DNA of 64,000 nt from Alphaproteobacteria bacterium (GTDB lineage Bacteria; Pseudomonadota; Alphaproteobacteria; SP197). Below are positions 31,876-42,313 of this stretch, in pieces; position 1 is the first letter of the stretch; the number at the start of each line of letters is the position of its first letter. The stretch spans positions 4,032,001-4,096,000 of the forward strand of contig OZ219747.1 in NCBI GenBank assembly GCA_964291265.2. Direction: 5' to 3'. The translations under genes and the position numbers were made by a program. The notes under the pieces are model-generated. The model saw only the letters and a program-made list of their open reading frames with translations, was not told the DNA's origin and did not search any database.

Positions 31876-32166
31876 ATGCCCCTCACGCCCGCCGAAAAGC
31901 AGCGGCGATACCGGGAACGGCGCAAGGCCGGCATCCCTCCCGTCCACACCCCAAAGCATCGTGACCGGCGCTCGCGACCGCAACGCTGGAACGACGCCGT
32001 GGCCGAACTGCGCGCCCTGCAGGACGAATGGCGTGACCGCCTCGACAGCATCCCCGAAACCCTCCGTGACACGCCTTACGGAGAACGCCTGCAGATCGTC
32101 GCCGATGCCGACATCGAGGCCCTCGAGGACATCGAACCGCCACGCGGCTACGGAAGGGATACGTGA
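31876..32166 (+). CDS. Small basic/coiled-coil hypothetical protein (orf5)
   Basis: AGGAG RBS; MPLTPAEKQRRYRERRK...PPRGYGRDT; conserved in all copies. Confidence 0.7.
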   Translation: MPLTPAEKQRRYRERRKAGIPPVHTPKHRDRRSRPQRWNDAVAELRALQDEWRDRLDSIPETLRDTPYGERLQIVADADIEALEDIEPPRGYGRDT

Positions 32167-32736
32167 TCCCGCAAGACCCTTGAACGCGGTCACGCGTTAC
32201 CATCCAGGAATGAGAACGTCTCACCCCGACGCGCCGCTCAGCCTCCCCGGGAAACTCCCGGGCCGTCCAAACGACACCGCATCACGAGACTGCCGCAGCC
32301 GCTGGCCGGACTGGCTTACAGGTCGCAGCATCCGCCCGAAAACACTCGACGCCTGCCGCACCCTGCAGGACGAATGGCGTGACCGCCTCGACAGCATCCC
32401 CGAAACCCTCCGTGACACGCCTTACGGAGAACGCCTGCAGATCGTCGCCGATGCCGACATCGAGGCTCTCGAGGACATCGAACCGCCACGCGGCTACGGA
32501 AGGGACACGTAATCTCGCAAGACCCTTGAACGCGGTCACGCGTTACCATCCAGGAATGAGAACGTCTCACCCCGACGCGCCTCTCAGCCTCCCCGGGAAA
32601 CCCCCGGGCCGTCCAAACGACACCACATCACGAGACTGCCGCAGCCGCTGAGCCGCAGCAACGCCCGATCCGCCGCCGGACTGGCTCACAGGTCGCAGCA
32701 TCCGCCCGAAAACACTCGACGCCTGCCGCACCCTGC
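32015..32736 (+). repeat. Imperfect tandem duplication (~346-bp period) in the right arm; also at ~39112-39833 and ~42162-42883
   Basis: CCCTGCAGGACGAATGG... starts at both 32015 and 32361. Confidence 0.9.
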
Positions 32737-33110
32737 GCCGCCGCAACCGCAACGCACGCAGCCTCTTCGCCCAGCGCAACAGAAACCGTCAGCTCTCCAG
32801 CCTCGAGATCGTCCCGCCCGACGAACCACGACGAGGACGGAGAACGCCAGAACGAAACCACGCGCAAAAGCCTGAAGCTCCCCTCCCACATCACGTTCCA
32901 CAAACGCCGAACGCCAGAAAACGCCGACCGGAACGACATCGTCAACGTCAATGCAAGACCAATGGGATCCAACAATAGGCAGAAAACAAAGACCGGGCGG
33001 ACCTTCGTCCAATGCCGCACGTTCTCCTGTCGTGGTCACCCACTCACACGATCAGCGCCCAAAAGAGCGGTTCTCCGCCAATATCCCGCCGTTCTAAATC
33101 GCCGCCGACA

Positions 33111-33848
33111 CTCGGCGAGCTCAACGCCGCGGTTCGGGAGTGGTGCTTCGGCGCCGCCGCGGAGCGGCCCTGGCCGGACGACGACAGTCTCCTGGTGCGG
33201 GACGCCTTCGCCCGGGAGAGGGAGCACCTGATCGTCCTTCCCGTCGACCCCTTCCCGCATCACGAGGTCCGCCCGGTGCGCATCGACAAGACCTGCCACG
33301 CCCGCTTCGACACCAACGACTACAGCGTTCCCCCCGGCTTCTCCAAGGCCCTGCTGACGCTGGTCGCCGACCGCGACGAGGTCCGCATCCTCGACGGCGC
33401 CGACGAGGTCGCGCGCCACCGACGCTCCTACGACAGGAAGCAGGCCGTCACCGATCCGGAGCATGCCAGGGCGATCGCCGCGGGCAAGCGGCGGGCCCGC
33501 TCCATGAGCGTCCGCGACCGGGTCCTGCGCACCGTGCCGCGGGCCGAGGAGATGCTGGCGCGCGCCGGGACCAACGGGCGCAACGTGGCCTCCTGCGCCC
33601 GGATGCTGGAGACGCTTCTCAACGCGCACGGCGCCGACGCTCTCGACCGGGCTGTCGCCACGGCGCTGGAGCGCGGCTCGTGCCACCCCGAAACCGTGCG
33701 CGTCATCATCGAGGAGCGCCGCCGGGAGCAGGGCCTGCCGCCCCTCAGCATCGCCGACGACGGCCGCGGCGGCCGTGGCACGACGCCGCGGGGGACCGCT
33801 CTCGACGCCTACGACAGGCCCGAAGCCAGCGCCAGGAACAAGACATGA
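33111..33848 (+). pseudogene. istA: istA 3' part of the outer copy
   Basis: Resumes at LGELNAAVREW after the TSD. Confidence 0.9.
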
Positions 33849-34546
33849 GCGAGCTCAGGGAGCGTGCCCGGGCGCTCGGCCTCCACGGGCTCGTCGAACG
33901 CTGGGACGAGGTCGCCGGGACCGCATGGATCGAGGAGGTGGTCAGCGGCGAGGAACAGGCCCGCAGGGCCCGCAGCCACGAGCGCCGCCGCGCCGCGGCG
34001 CGGCTGCCCGCCTTCAAGCCCCTGGCGGACTTCGACTGGACATGGCCGCGCGACATCAGCCGGGCTCATGTCGAAGCGCTCCTCGGCCTCGGCTTCGTCG
34101 ACCGTGCGGACAACGCCGTGCTCGTCGGCGGGCAGGGCACCGGAAAGACCATGATCGCCGCCAACGTGGCGCACCAGGCCCTGCTGCACGGCCACACCGT
34201 CCGCTTCGAGAAGGCGCCGGAACTGCTCGAGGCACTCGCCGAGACCGTCTCGCGCAGCGAGCTGCGCCGCCGCCTCGCGATCCTCGCCAGGCCCCGCCTG
34301 CTCGTCCTCGACGAAATCGGCTACGTGACCCTCGAAAGCCACCATGCCGACATCCTCTACGCCATCGTCTCGCGGCGCTATCAGCGCCGCTCGACCATGG
34401 TCACGACAAGCCTCGCCTTCGCCCAGTGGGACCGCGTCTTCCCCAGCGCCTCCGGCATCGCCGGCACCGTCGACCGGCTCATGCACGACGCAACCCTCAT
34501 CTCCATCGACAGCGACTCCTGGCGGCTCAGGCGTGAAACCCGATAA
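33845..34546 (+). CDS. istB: IstB ATPase (copy within the internal duplication)
   Basis: Same protein as 30268-30969. Confidence 0.92.
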   Translation: MSELRERARALGLHGLVERWDEVAGTAWIEEVVSGEEQARRARSHERRRAAARLPAFKPLADFDWTWPRDISRAHVEALLGLGFVDRADNAVLVGGQGTGKTMIAANVAHQALLHGHTVRFEKAPELLEALAETVSRSELRRRLAILARPRLLVLDEIGYVTLESHHADILYAIVSRRYQRRSTMVTTSLAFAQWDRVFPSASGIAGTVDRLMHDATLISIDSDSWRLRRETR

Positions 34547-35311
34547 ACCCCGCCGCGTCGACTTCGACGCCGTCAAGCGCATGCCGTTCGAACGCATCGC
34601 CGCCGACTGGGGATACGTCCGCGACGAACAGGCCTCGACACGCGCCAACCCCGTCCTGTGCGCACCCGGCCTGCCGAAGCTCGTCACGAAGTGCCTCAAC
34701 ATGCCAGGGCGATCGCCGCGGGCAAGCGGCGGGCCCGCTCCATGAGCGTCCGCGACCGGGTCCTGCGCACCGTGCCGCGGGCCGAGGAGATGCTGGCGCG
34801 CGCCGGGACCAACGGGCGCAACGTGGCCTCCTGCGCCCGGATGCTGGAGACGCTTCTCAACGCGCACGGCGCCGACGCTCTTGTTGATGGCTGCATAGAA
34901 CGGCGGGATTTCGGCGATTTGCCGCGCTTTGTCAGGGTCGTGTTTCTTCCCTGTTGTCAGGTCCTATTGTCACGTCCTGTTGTCGTGGGTTCAGTGTTCG
35001 GCTGATTGTCTCCCCGAGCGCCGCCCGTTTTCCTATTGTCGTTTTGGTCCGGTTCGGATTGTTCCGTCGGCCTCTGCTTCGGTCTTGGTGACGGTTGCCG
35101 GGAGGGTTTCGGTTCCGAGGCACTCGCGGGATCGTCTGTTTTCCCTGTGGTCTGGGTCGTGTTGTCCGGTCCCGGGGCGGCGTTTTTGCCGCCGCCCCGG
35201 GTGGATGCTAGATCGGCATCGAAAGAAAGAGCGATGCGATGCCGGGCAGAGTTGTGATGACGCCCCCCGGCGCAGCACCCGGACGAGCCGGTCACGGGGG
35301 ACCGAACTCCC

Positions 35312-35842
35312 GTGTATTGTCGAGCCATTTTGCGTCCGGGTCCACCCCCGCTCTCGAGACGGATCGTGTGCACGACGGGACGACTGTTCAACTGCAAGCG
35401 GTGTCAGCGGCAGGTTGTTCTCTGCCGGTCGTGTGACCGGGGGCATGTGTATTGCTCCGATGAGTGCAGGGAGCGGTCCCGGATCGAGCGGCGCCGCGCG
35501 TCGCGTCGTCGCTACCAGAGCACGCTGAGGGGCCGTGAGACGGGCCGTCACCGCCAGCGGCGTTACCGGCTCCGCAAGGCGGAGGAGGCGCGTGCGTTGA
35601 AGGCCAGGGCGGCGATGCTTGCCGAGATCATGGGCACGCAGACGTCTGCTGTGGTGCTGCTTGGCGACGTTCCGGCGGTGTCTGGAGACGCCGGTTCCGA
35701 AGAAATCGTTACGGACCACCCTTCCCGACTGCTGCCGACCTCCCTACCTGCGGTTGTGAAGGCGCGAGAGCGACGCGAATCGCCGCTTCGGTGCGCCCGG
35801 TGCGGACGGGTCGTGACGCATGTGGTGCTGAGGGACCTGTGA
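35312..35842 (+). CDS. Cys-rich orf1, copy C
   Basis: A few substitutions relative to copies A and B; frame retained. Confidence 0.65.
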   Translation: MYCRAILRPGPPPLSRRIVCTTGRLFNCKRCQRQVVLCRSCDRGHVYCSDECRERSRIERRRASRRRYQSTLRGRETGRHRQRRYRLRKAEEARALKARAAMLAEIMGTQTSAVVLLGDVPAVSGDAGSEEIVTDHPSRLLPTSLPAVVKARERRESPLRCARCGRVVTHVVLRDL

Positions 35843-35874
35843 TGCGGCGTTGAGGAACCAAAGGGAGGGAGTTC

Positions 35875-37368
35875 ATGGCGATCGACGAGGACACGCGGGC
35901 GACGATCGTGCGGCTGTCGCGGGCCGAGGGCTGGGCTGTGGGGACGATTGCCCGGCATCTCGGCGTGCACCACGGCACGGTGACGCGGGCGCTCAAGGCG
36001 TCGGGGCAGGAGCGGCGGCCGCGGGCCAAGCTCATCGACCCCTTCGTTGCCTTCCTCGGGGAGCGTCTTGAGGCGTCGCCGGACCTTCCGGCCAGCACGC
36101 TCTGGCGACAGGTCGTGGCCCTGGGCTACCGCGGCGGCGAGGATCACTTCCGTCACGACCTGCGCCGCCTCGGGCTGAGGCCGGTGAAGAGGCCCGAGCC
36201 GTCGCTGCGGCTGAGCTTCCTTCCGGGCGAGCAGGCGCAGGTTGACTGGGCCGAGTTCGGGAAGGTCCGCATTGGCCGGGCGGAGCGCAGGCTCATGGGG
36301 CTTCTCGTCACCCTCAGCTACTCGCGCCAGACTGTCCTGAGCCTGTTCCACGACGCGCGGATGGCCAGCTTCCTGCAAGGCCATGTCGAGGCTTTCGCGG
36401 CATTCGGGGGTGTGCCGCGGAGGCTTCTGTACGACAACCTGAAGAGTGCCGTGGTGACGCGCCGCGGCAAGGCGGTCACCTATCATCCGATGCTGCTCGG
36501 CCTCGCGGCCCACTATGCCTTCGAACCGAGCGCCGCCTGGCCCAGGAGCCCGCAGGAGAAGGGCCGCGTGGAACGCCGTGTGCGCTTCGCGCGCACCGGG
36601 TTCTTCGCCGGGCGCGACATCACGGTCCCGCTCGGCGAGCTCAACGCCGCGGTTCGGGAGTGGTGCTTCGGCGCCGCCGCGGAGCGGCCCTGGCCGGACG
36701 ACGACAGTCTCCTGGTGCGGGACGCCTTCGCCCGGGAGAGGGAGCACCTGATCGTCCTTCCCGTCGACCCCTTCCCGCATCACGAGGTCCGCCCGGTGCG
36801 CATCGACAAGACCTGCCACGCCCGCTTCGACACCAACGACTACAGCGTTCCGGGTAGCTTCTCCAAGGCCCTGCTGACGCTGGTCGCCGACCGCGACGAG
36901 GTCCGCATCCTCGACGGCGCCGACGAGGTCGCGCGCCACCGACGCTCCTACGACAGGAAGCAGGCCGTCACCGATCCGGAGCATGCCAGGGCGATCGCCG
37001 CGGGCAAGCGGCGGGCCCGCTCCATGAGCGTCCGCGACCGGGTCCTGCGCACCGTGCCGCGGGCCGAGGAGATGCTGGCGCGCGCCGGGACCAACGGGCG
37101 CAACGTGGCCTCCTGCGCCCGGATGCTGGAGACGCTTCTCAACGCGCACGGCGCCGACGCTCTCGACCGGGCTGTCGCCACGGCGCTGGAGCGCGGCTCG
37201 TGCCACCCCGAAACCGTGCGCGTCATCATCGAGGAGCGCCGCCGGGAGCAGGGCCTGCCGCCCCTCAGCATCGCCGACGACGGCCGCGGCGGCCGTGGCA
37301 CGACGCCGCGGGGGACCGCTCTCGACGCCTACGACAGGCCCGAAGCCAGCGCCAGGAACAAGACATGA
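35875..37368 (+). CDS. istA: IS21-family transposase IstA
   Basis: Intact, 497 aa; one substitution relative to copy B (PADP/PVDP). Confidence 0.95.
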   Translation: MAIDEDTRATIVRLSRAEGWAVGTIARHLGVHHGTVTRALKASGQERRPRAKLIDPFVAFLGERLEASPDLPASTLWRQVVALGYRGGEDHFRHDLRRLGLRPVKRPEPSLRLSFLPGEQAQVDWAEFGKVRIGRAERRLMGLLVTLSYSRQTVLSLFHDARMASFLQGHVEAFAAFGGVPRRLLYDNLKSAVVTRRGKAVTYHPMLLGLAAHYAFEPSAAWPRSPQEKGRVERRVRFARTGFFAGRDITVPLGELNAAVREWCFGAAAERPWPDDDSLLVRDAFAREREHLIVLPVDPFPHHEVRPVRIDKTCHARFDTNDYSVPGSFSKALLTLVADRDEVRILDGADEVARHRRSYDRKQAVTDPEHARAIAAGKRRARSMSVRDRVLRTVPRAEEMLARAGTNGRNVASCARMLETLLNAHGADALDRAVATALERGSCHPETVRVIIEERRREQGLPPLSIADDGRGGRGTTPRGTALDAYDRPEASARNKT

Positions 37369-38066
37369 GCGAGCTCAGGGAGCGTGCCCGGGCGCTCGGC
37401 CTCCACGGGCTCGTCGAACGCTGGGACGAGGTCGCCGGGACCGCATGGATCGAGGAGGTGGTCAGCGGCGAGGAACAGGCCCGCAGGGCCCGCAGCCACG
37501 AGCGCCGCCGCGCCGCGGCGCGGCTGCCCGCCTTCAAGCCCCTGGCGGACTTCGACTGGACATGGCCGCGCGACATCAGCCGGGCTCATGTCGAAGCGCT
37601 CCTCGGCCTCGGCTTCGTCGACCGTGCGGACAACGCCGTGCTCGTCGGCGGGCAGGGCACCGGAAAGACCATGATCGCCGCCAACGTGGCGCACCAGGCC
37701 CTGCTGCACGGCCACACCGTCCGCTTCGAGAAGGCGCCGGAACTGCTCGAGGCACTCGCCGAGACCGTCTCGCGCAGCGAGCTGCGCCGCCGCCTCGCGA
37801 TCCTCGCCAGGCCCCGCCTGCTCGTCCTCGACGAAATCGGCTACGTGACCCTCGAAAGCCACCATGCCGACATCCTCTACGCCATCGTCTCGCGGCGCTA
37901 TCAGCGCCGCTCGACCATGGTCACGACAAGCCTCGCCTTCGCCCAGTGGGACCGCGTCTTCCCCAGCGCCTCCGGCATCGCCGGCACCGTCGACCGGCTC
38001 ATGCACGACGCAACCCTCATCTCCATCGACAGCGACTCCTGGCGGCTCAGGCGTGAAACCCGATAA
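37365..38066 (+). CDS. istB: IstB ATPase
   Basis: As copy B. Confidence 0.95.
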   Translation: MSELRERARALGLHGLVERWDEVAGTAWIEEVVSGEEQARRARSHERRRAAARLPAFKPLADFDWTWPRDISRAHVEALLGLGFVDRADNAVLVGGQGTGKTMIAANVAHQALLHGHTVRFEKAPELLEALAETVSRSELRRRLAILARPRLLVLDEIGYVTLESHHADILYAIVSRRYQRRSTMVTTSLAFAQWDRVFPSASGIAGTVDRLMHDATLISIDSDSWRLRRETR

Positions 38067-38946
38067 ACCCCGCCGCGTCGACTTCGACGCCGTCAAGCGC
38101 ATGCCGTTCGAACGCATCGCCGCCGACTGGGGATACGTCCGCGACGAACAGGCCTCGACACGCGCCAACCCCGTCCTGTGCGCACCCGGCCTGCCGAAGC
38201 TCGTCACGAAGTGCCTCAACAACGGACACTGGGTCTACTTCAACACCCAGAACGATGAAGACAACGGAACCGTCATCGACTTCATGCTCAACCGCGGACT
38301 GGCCTTCGCCGACATCTGCACCCGCTTCACAGCACCCGACACCGCGCCACGCGACTTCCGCAGCCTCTGGGCCGCGGCAACGCCCGATGCGGCCCCGGAC
38401 TGGCTCACCGGGCGCGGCATCCTCCCGGAGACCCTCGACACCTGCCGCCCCCTGGTCCGCCGCGACCACAACGGACGCGTCCTCTTCGCCCATCGCAACA
38501 GGAAGCGAAAGCTCACCGGCTTCGAGATCGGTCCCCCCGACGGACCGAAACGCTTCGCCACCGGTGGAACCCGAAGCCTGTTCGCCGTCCGCGCCGGAAC
38601 CGCCGCGGACCTCGAGGCCCTCGTCATCACCGAAAGCGCCGTCGACGCCCTCAGCCTGGCCCAGATCGACCAATGTCCCCCCAGCCACGCCTTCCTCTCC
38701 ACCGCCGGGGCACCCTCGCGAAGACAGCACGAACAGATCAGCCTCGCCGCAAGCAGCCTGCCCAACGTCAGGACCATCGTCCTCGCCCAGGACCACGACG
38801 AGGCCGGAGAGCGACAGGCCGAAACCCTGCGCAAAAAGATGAAGCTCCCCTCCCACGTCTCGTTCCACAGACGCAGACCGCCGGAAAACGCCGACTGGAA
38901 CGACGTCGTCAACGCCAGGACCAAAGAACCACAAGCGAGATCATGA
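38053..38946 (+). CDS. Toprim primase-like protein, copy C
   Basis: As copy B. Confidence 0.85.
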   Translation: MKPDKPRRVDFDAVKRMPFERIAADWGYVRDEQASTRANPVLCAPGLPKLVTKCLNNGHWVYFNTQNDEDNGTVIDFMLNRGLAFADICTRFTAPDTAPRDFRSLWAAATPDAAPDWLTGRGILPETLDTCRPLVRRDHNGRVLFAHRNRKRKLTGFEIGPPDGPKRFATGGTRSLFAVRAGTAADLEALVITESAVDALSLAQIDQCPPSHAFLSTAGAPSRRQHEQISLAASSLPNVRTIVLAQDHDEAGERQAETLRKKMKLPSHVSFHRRRPPENADWNDVVNARTKEPQARS

Positions 38947-38972
38947 CCACGTCCGTCACAAGGAGACCACTC

Positions 38973-39263
38973 ATGCCCCTCACGCCCGCCGAAAAGCAGC
39001 GGCGATACCGGGAACGGCGCAAGGCCGGCATCCCTCCCGTCCACACCCCAAAGCATCGTGACCGGCGCTCGCGACCGCAACGCTGGAACGACGCCGTGGC
39101 CGAACTGCGCGCCCTGCAGGACGAATGGCGTGACCGCCTCGACAGCATCCCCGAAACCCTCCGTGACACGCCTTACGGAGAACGCCTGCAGATCGTCGCC
39201 GATGCCGACATCGAGGCCCTCGAGGACATCGAACCGCCACGCGGCTACGGAAGGGATACGTGA
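38973..39263 (+). CDS. Small orf5, copy C
   Basis: As copy B. Confidence 0.7.
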   Translation: MPLTPAEKQRRYRERRKAGIPPVHTPKHRDRRSRPQRWNDAVAELRALQDEWRDRLDSIPETLRDTPYGERLQIVADADIEALEDIEPPRGYGRDT

Positions 39264-40414
39264 TCCCGCAAGACCCTTGAACGCGGTCACGCGTTACCAT
39301 CCAGGAATGAGAACGTCTCACCCCGACGCGCCGCTCAGCCTCCCCGGGAAACTCCCGGGCCGTCCAAACGACACCGCATCACGAGACTGCCGCAGCCGCT
39401 GGCCGGACTGGCTTACAGGTCGCAGCATCCGCCCGAAAACACTCAACGCCTGCCGCACCCTGCAGGACGAATGGCGTGACCGCCTCGACAGCATCCCCGA
39501 AACCCTCCGTGACACGCCTTACGGAGAACGCCTGCAGATCGTCGCCGATGCCGACATCGAGGCTCTCGAGGACATCGAACCGCCACGCGGCTACGGAAGG
39601 GACACGTAATCTCGCAAGACCCTTGAACGCGGTCACGCGTTACCATCCAGGAATGAGAACGTCTCACCCCGACGCGCCTCTCAGCCTCCCCGGGAAACCC
39701 CCGGGCCGTCCAAACGACACCACATCACGAGACTGCCGCAGCCGCTGAGCCGCAGCAACGCCCGATCCGCCGCCGGACTGGCTCACAGGTCGCAGCATCC
39801 GCCCGAAAACACTCGACGCCTGCCGCACCCTGCGCCGCCGCAACCGCAACGCACGCAGCCTCTTCGCCCAGCGCAACAGAAACCGTCAGCTCTCCAGCCT
39901 CGAGATCGTCCCGCCCGACGAACCACGACGAGGACGGAGAACGCCAGAACGAAACCACGCGCAAAAGCCTGAAGCTCCCCTCCCACATCACGTTCCACAA
40001 ACGCCGAACGCCAGAAAACGCCGACCGGAACGACATCGTCAACGTCAATGCAAGACCAATGGGATCCAACAATAGGCAGAAAACAAAGACCGGGCGGACC
40101 TTCGTCCAATGCCGCACGTTCTCCTGTCGTGGTCACCCACTCACACGATCAGCGCCCAAAAGAGCGGTTCTCCGCCAATATCCCGCCGTTCTAAATCGCC
40201 GCCGACACGCTCTCGACCGGGCTGTCGCCACGGCGCTGGAGCGCGGCTCGTGCCACCCCGAAACCGTGCGCGTCATCATCGAGGAGCGCCGCCGGGAGCA
40301 GGGCCTGCCGCCCCTCAGCATCGCCGACGACGGCCGCGGCGGCCGTGGCACGACGCCGCGGGGGACCGCTCTCGACGCCTACGACAGGCCCGAAGCCAGC
40401 GCCAGGAACAAGAC

Positions 40415-41116
40415 ATGAGCGAGCTCAGGGAGCGTGCCCGGGCGCTCGGCCTCCACGGGCTCGTCGAACGCTGGGACGAGGTCGCCGGGACCGCATGGAT
40501 CGAGGAGGTGGTCAGCGGCGAGGAACAGGCCCGCAGGGCCCGCAGCCACGAGCGCCGCCGCGCCGCGGCGCGGCTGCCCGCCTTCAAGCCCCTGGCGGAC
40601 TTCGACTGGACATGGCCGCGCGACATCAGCCGGGCTCATGTCGAAGCGCTCCTCGGCCTCGGCTTCGTCGACCGTGCGGACAACGCCGTGCTCGTCGGCG
40701 GGCAGGGCACCGGAAAGACCATGATCGCCGCCAACGTGGCTCACCAGGCCCTGCTGCACGGCCACACCGTCCGCTTCGAGAAGGCGCCGGAACTGCTCGA
40801 GGCACTCGCCGAGACCGTCTCGCGCAGCGAGCTGCGCCGCCGCCTCGCGATCCTCGCCAGGCCCCGCCTGCTCGTCCTCGACGAAATCGGCTACGTGACC
40901 CTCGAAAGCCACCATGCCGACATCCTCTACGCCATCGTCTCGCGGCGCTATCAGCGCCGCTCGACCATGGTCACGACAAGCCTCGCCTTCGCCCAGTGGG
41001 ACCGCGTCTTCCCCAGCGCCTCCGGCATCGCCGGCACCGTCGACCGGCTCATGCACGACGCAACCCTCATCTCCATCGACAGCGACTCCTGGCGGCTCAG
41101 GCGTGAAACCCGATAA
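40415..41116 (+). CDS. istB: IstB ATPase (outer copy)
   Basis: As copy B. Confidence 0.92.
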   Translation: MSELRERARALGLHGLVERWDEVAGTAWIEEVVSGEEQARRARSHERRRAAARLPAFKPLADFDWTWPRDISRAHVEALLGLGFVDRADNAVLVGGQGTGKTMIAANVAHQALLHGHTVRFEKAPELLEALAETVSRSELRRRLAILARPRLLVLDEIGYVTLESHHADILYAIVSRRYQRRSTMVTTSLAFAQWDRVFPSASGIAGTVDRLMHDATLISIDSDSWRLRRETR

Positions 41117-41996
41117 ACCCCGCCGCGTCGACTTCGACGCCGTCAAGCGCATGCCGTTCGAACGCATCGCCGCCGACTGGGGATACGTCCGCGACGAACA
41201 GGCCTCGACACGCGCCAACCCCGTCCTGTGCGCACCCGGCCTGCCGAAGCTCGTCACGAAGTGCCTCAACAACGGACACTGGGTCTACTTCAACACCCAG
41301 AACGATGAAGACAACGGAACCGTCATCGACTTCATGCTCAACCGCGGACTGGCCTTCGCCGACATCTGCACCCGCTTCACAGCACCCGACGCCGCGCCAC
41401 GCGACTTCCGCAGCCTCTGGGCCGCGGCAACGCCCGATGCGGCCCCGGACTGGCTCACCGGGCGCGGCATCCTCCCGGAGACCCTCGACACCTGCCGCCC
41501 CCTGGTCCGCCGCGACCACAACGGACGCGTCCTCTTCGCCCATCGCAACAGGAAGCGAAAGCTCACCGGCTTCGAGATCGGTCCCCCCGACGGACCGAAA
41601 CGCTTCGCCACCGGTGGAACCCGAAGCCTGTTCGCCGTCCGCGCCGGAACCGCCGCGGACCTCGAGGCCCTCGTCATCACCGAAAGCGCCGTCGACGCCC
41701 TCAGCCTGGCCCAGATCGACCAATGTCCCCCCAGCCACGCCTTCCTCTCCACCGCCGGGGCACCCTCGCGAAGACAGCACGAACAGATCAGCCTCGCCGC
41801 AAGCAGCCTGCCCAACGTCAGGACCATCGTCCTCGCCCAGGACCACGACGAGGCCGGAGAACGACAGGCCGAAACCCTGCGCAAAAAGATGAAGCTCCCC
41901 TCCCACGTCTCGTTCCACAGACGCAGACCGCCGGAAAACGCCGACTGGAACGACGTCGTCAACGCCAGGACCAAAGAACCACAAGCGAGATCATGA
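41103..41996 (+). CDS. Toprim primase-like protein, outer copy
   Basis: As copy B with a T>A substitution (PDTAP/PDAAP). Confidence 0.85.
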   Translation: MKPDKPRRVDFDAVKRMPFERIAADWGYVRDEQASTRANPVLCAPGLPKLVTKCLNNGHWVYFNTQNDEDNGTVIDFMLNRGLAFADICTRFTAPDAAPRDFRSLWAAATPDAAPDWLTGRGILPETLDTCRPLVRRDHNGRVLFAHRNRKRKLTGFEIGPPDGPKRFATGGTRSLFAVRAGTAADLEALVITESAVDALSLAQIDQCPPSHAFLSTAGAPSRRQHEQISLAASSLPNVRTIVLAQDHDEAGERQAETLRKKMKLPSHVSFHRRRPPENADWNDVVNARTKEPQARS

Positions 41997-42022
41997 CCAC
42001 GTCCGTCACAAGGAGACCACTC

Positions 42023-42313
42023 ATGCCCCTCACGCCCGCCGAAAAGCAGCGGCGATACCGGGAACGGCGCAAGGCCGGCATCCCTCCCGTCCACACCCCA
42101 AAGCACCGTGACCGGCGCTCGCGACCGCAACGCTGGAACGACGCCGTGGCCGAACTGCGCGCCCTGCAGGACGAATGGCGTGACCACCTCGACAGCATCC
42201 CCGAAAGCCTCCGTGACACGCCTTACGGAGAACGCCTGCAGAGCGTCGCCGATGCCGACATCGAGGCCCTCGAGGACATCGAACCGCCACGCGGCTACGG
42301 AAGGGATACGTGA
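42023..42313 (+). CDS. Small orf5, outer copy
   Basis: Three amino-acid differences from copy B. Confidence 0.7.
   Translation: MPLTPAEKQRRYRERRKAGIPPVHTPKHRDRRSRPQRWNDAVAELRALQDEWRDHLDSIPESLRDTPYGERLQSVADADIEALEDIEPPRGYGRDT

Larger units (their letters stand above)
27791..33110 (+). mobile_element. IS21-like element, complete nested copy B (5320 bp)
   Basis: Both ends present; 5-bp TSD CTCGG at 27786-27790 and 33111-33115. Confidence 0.95.
34882..40207 (+). mobile_element. IS21-like element, complete nested copy C (5326 bp)
   Basis: Both ends present; 6-bp TSD CGCTCT at 34876-34881 and 40208-40213. The left arm differs from copies A and B by several SNPs and indels. Confidence 0.95.

Noticed and set aside
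31241-32950. Primase gene and its degenerate copy as a DGR variable/template repeat pair
   Set aside because: Fewer than half of the mismatches I counted fall at adenines of the putative template, there is a large internal deletion, and no reverse transcriptase is present in the window.
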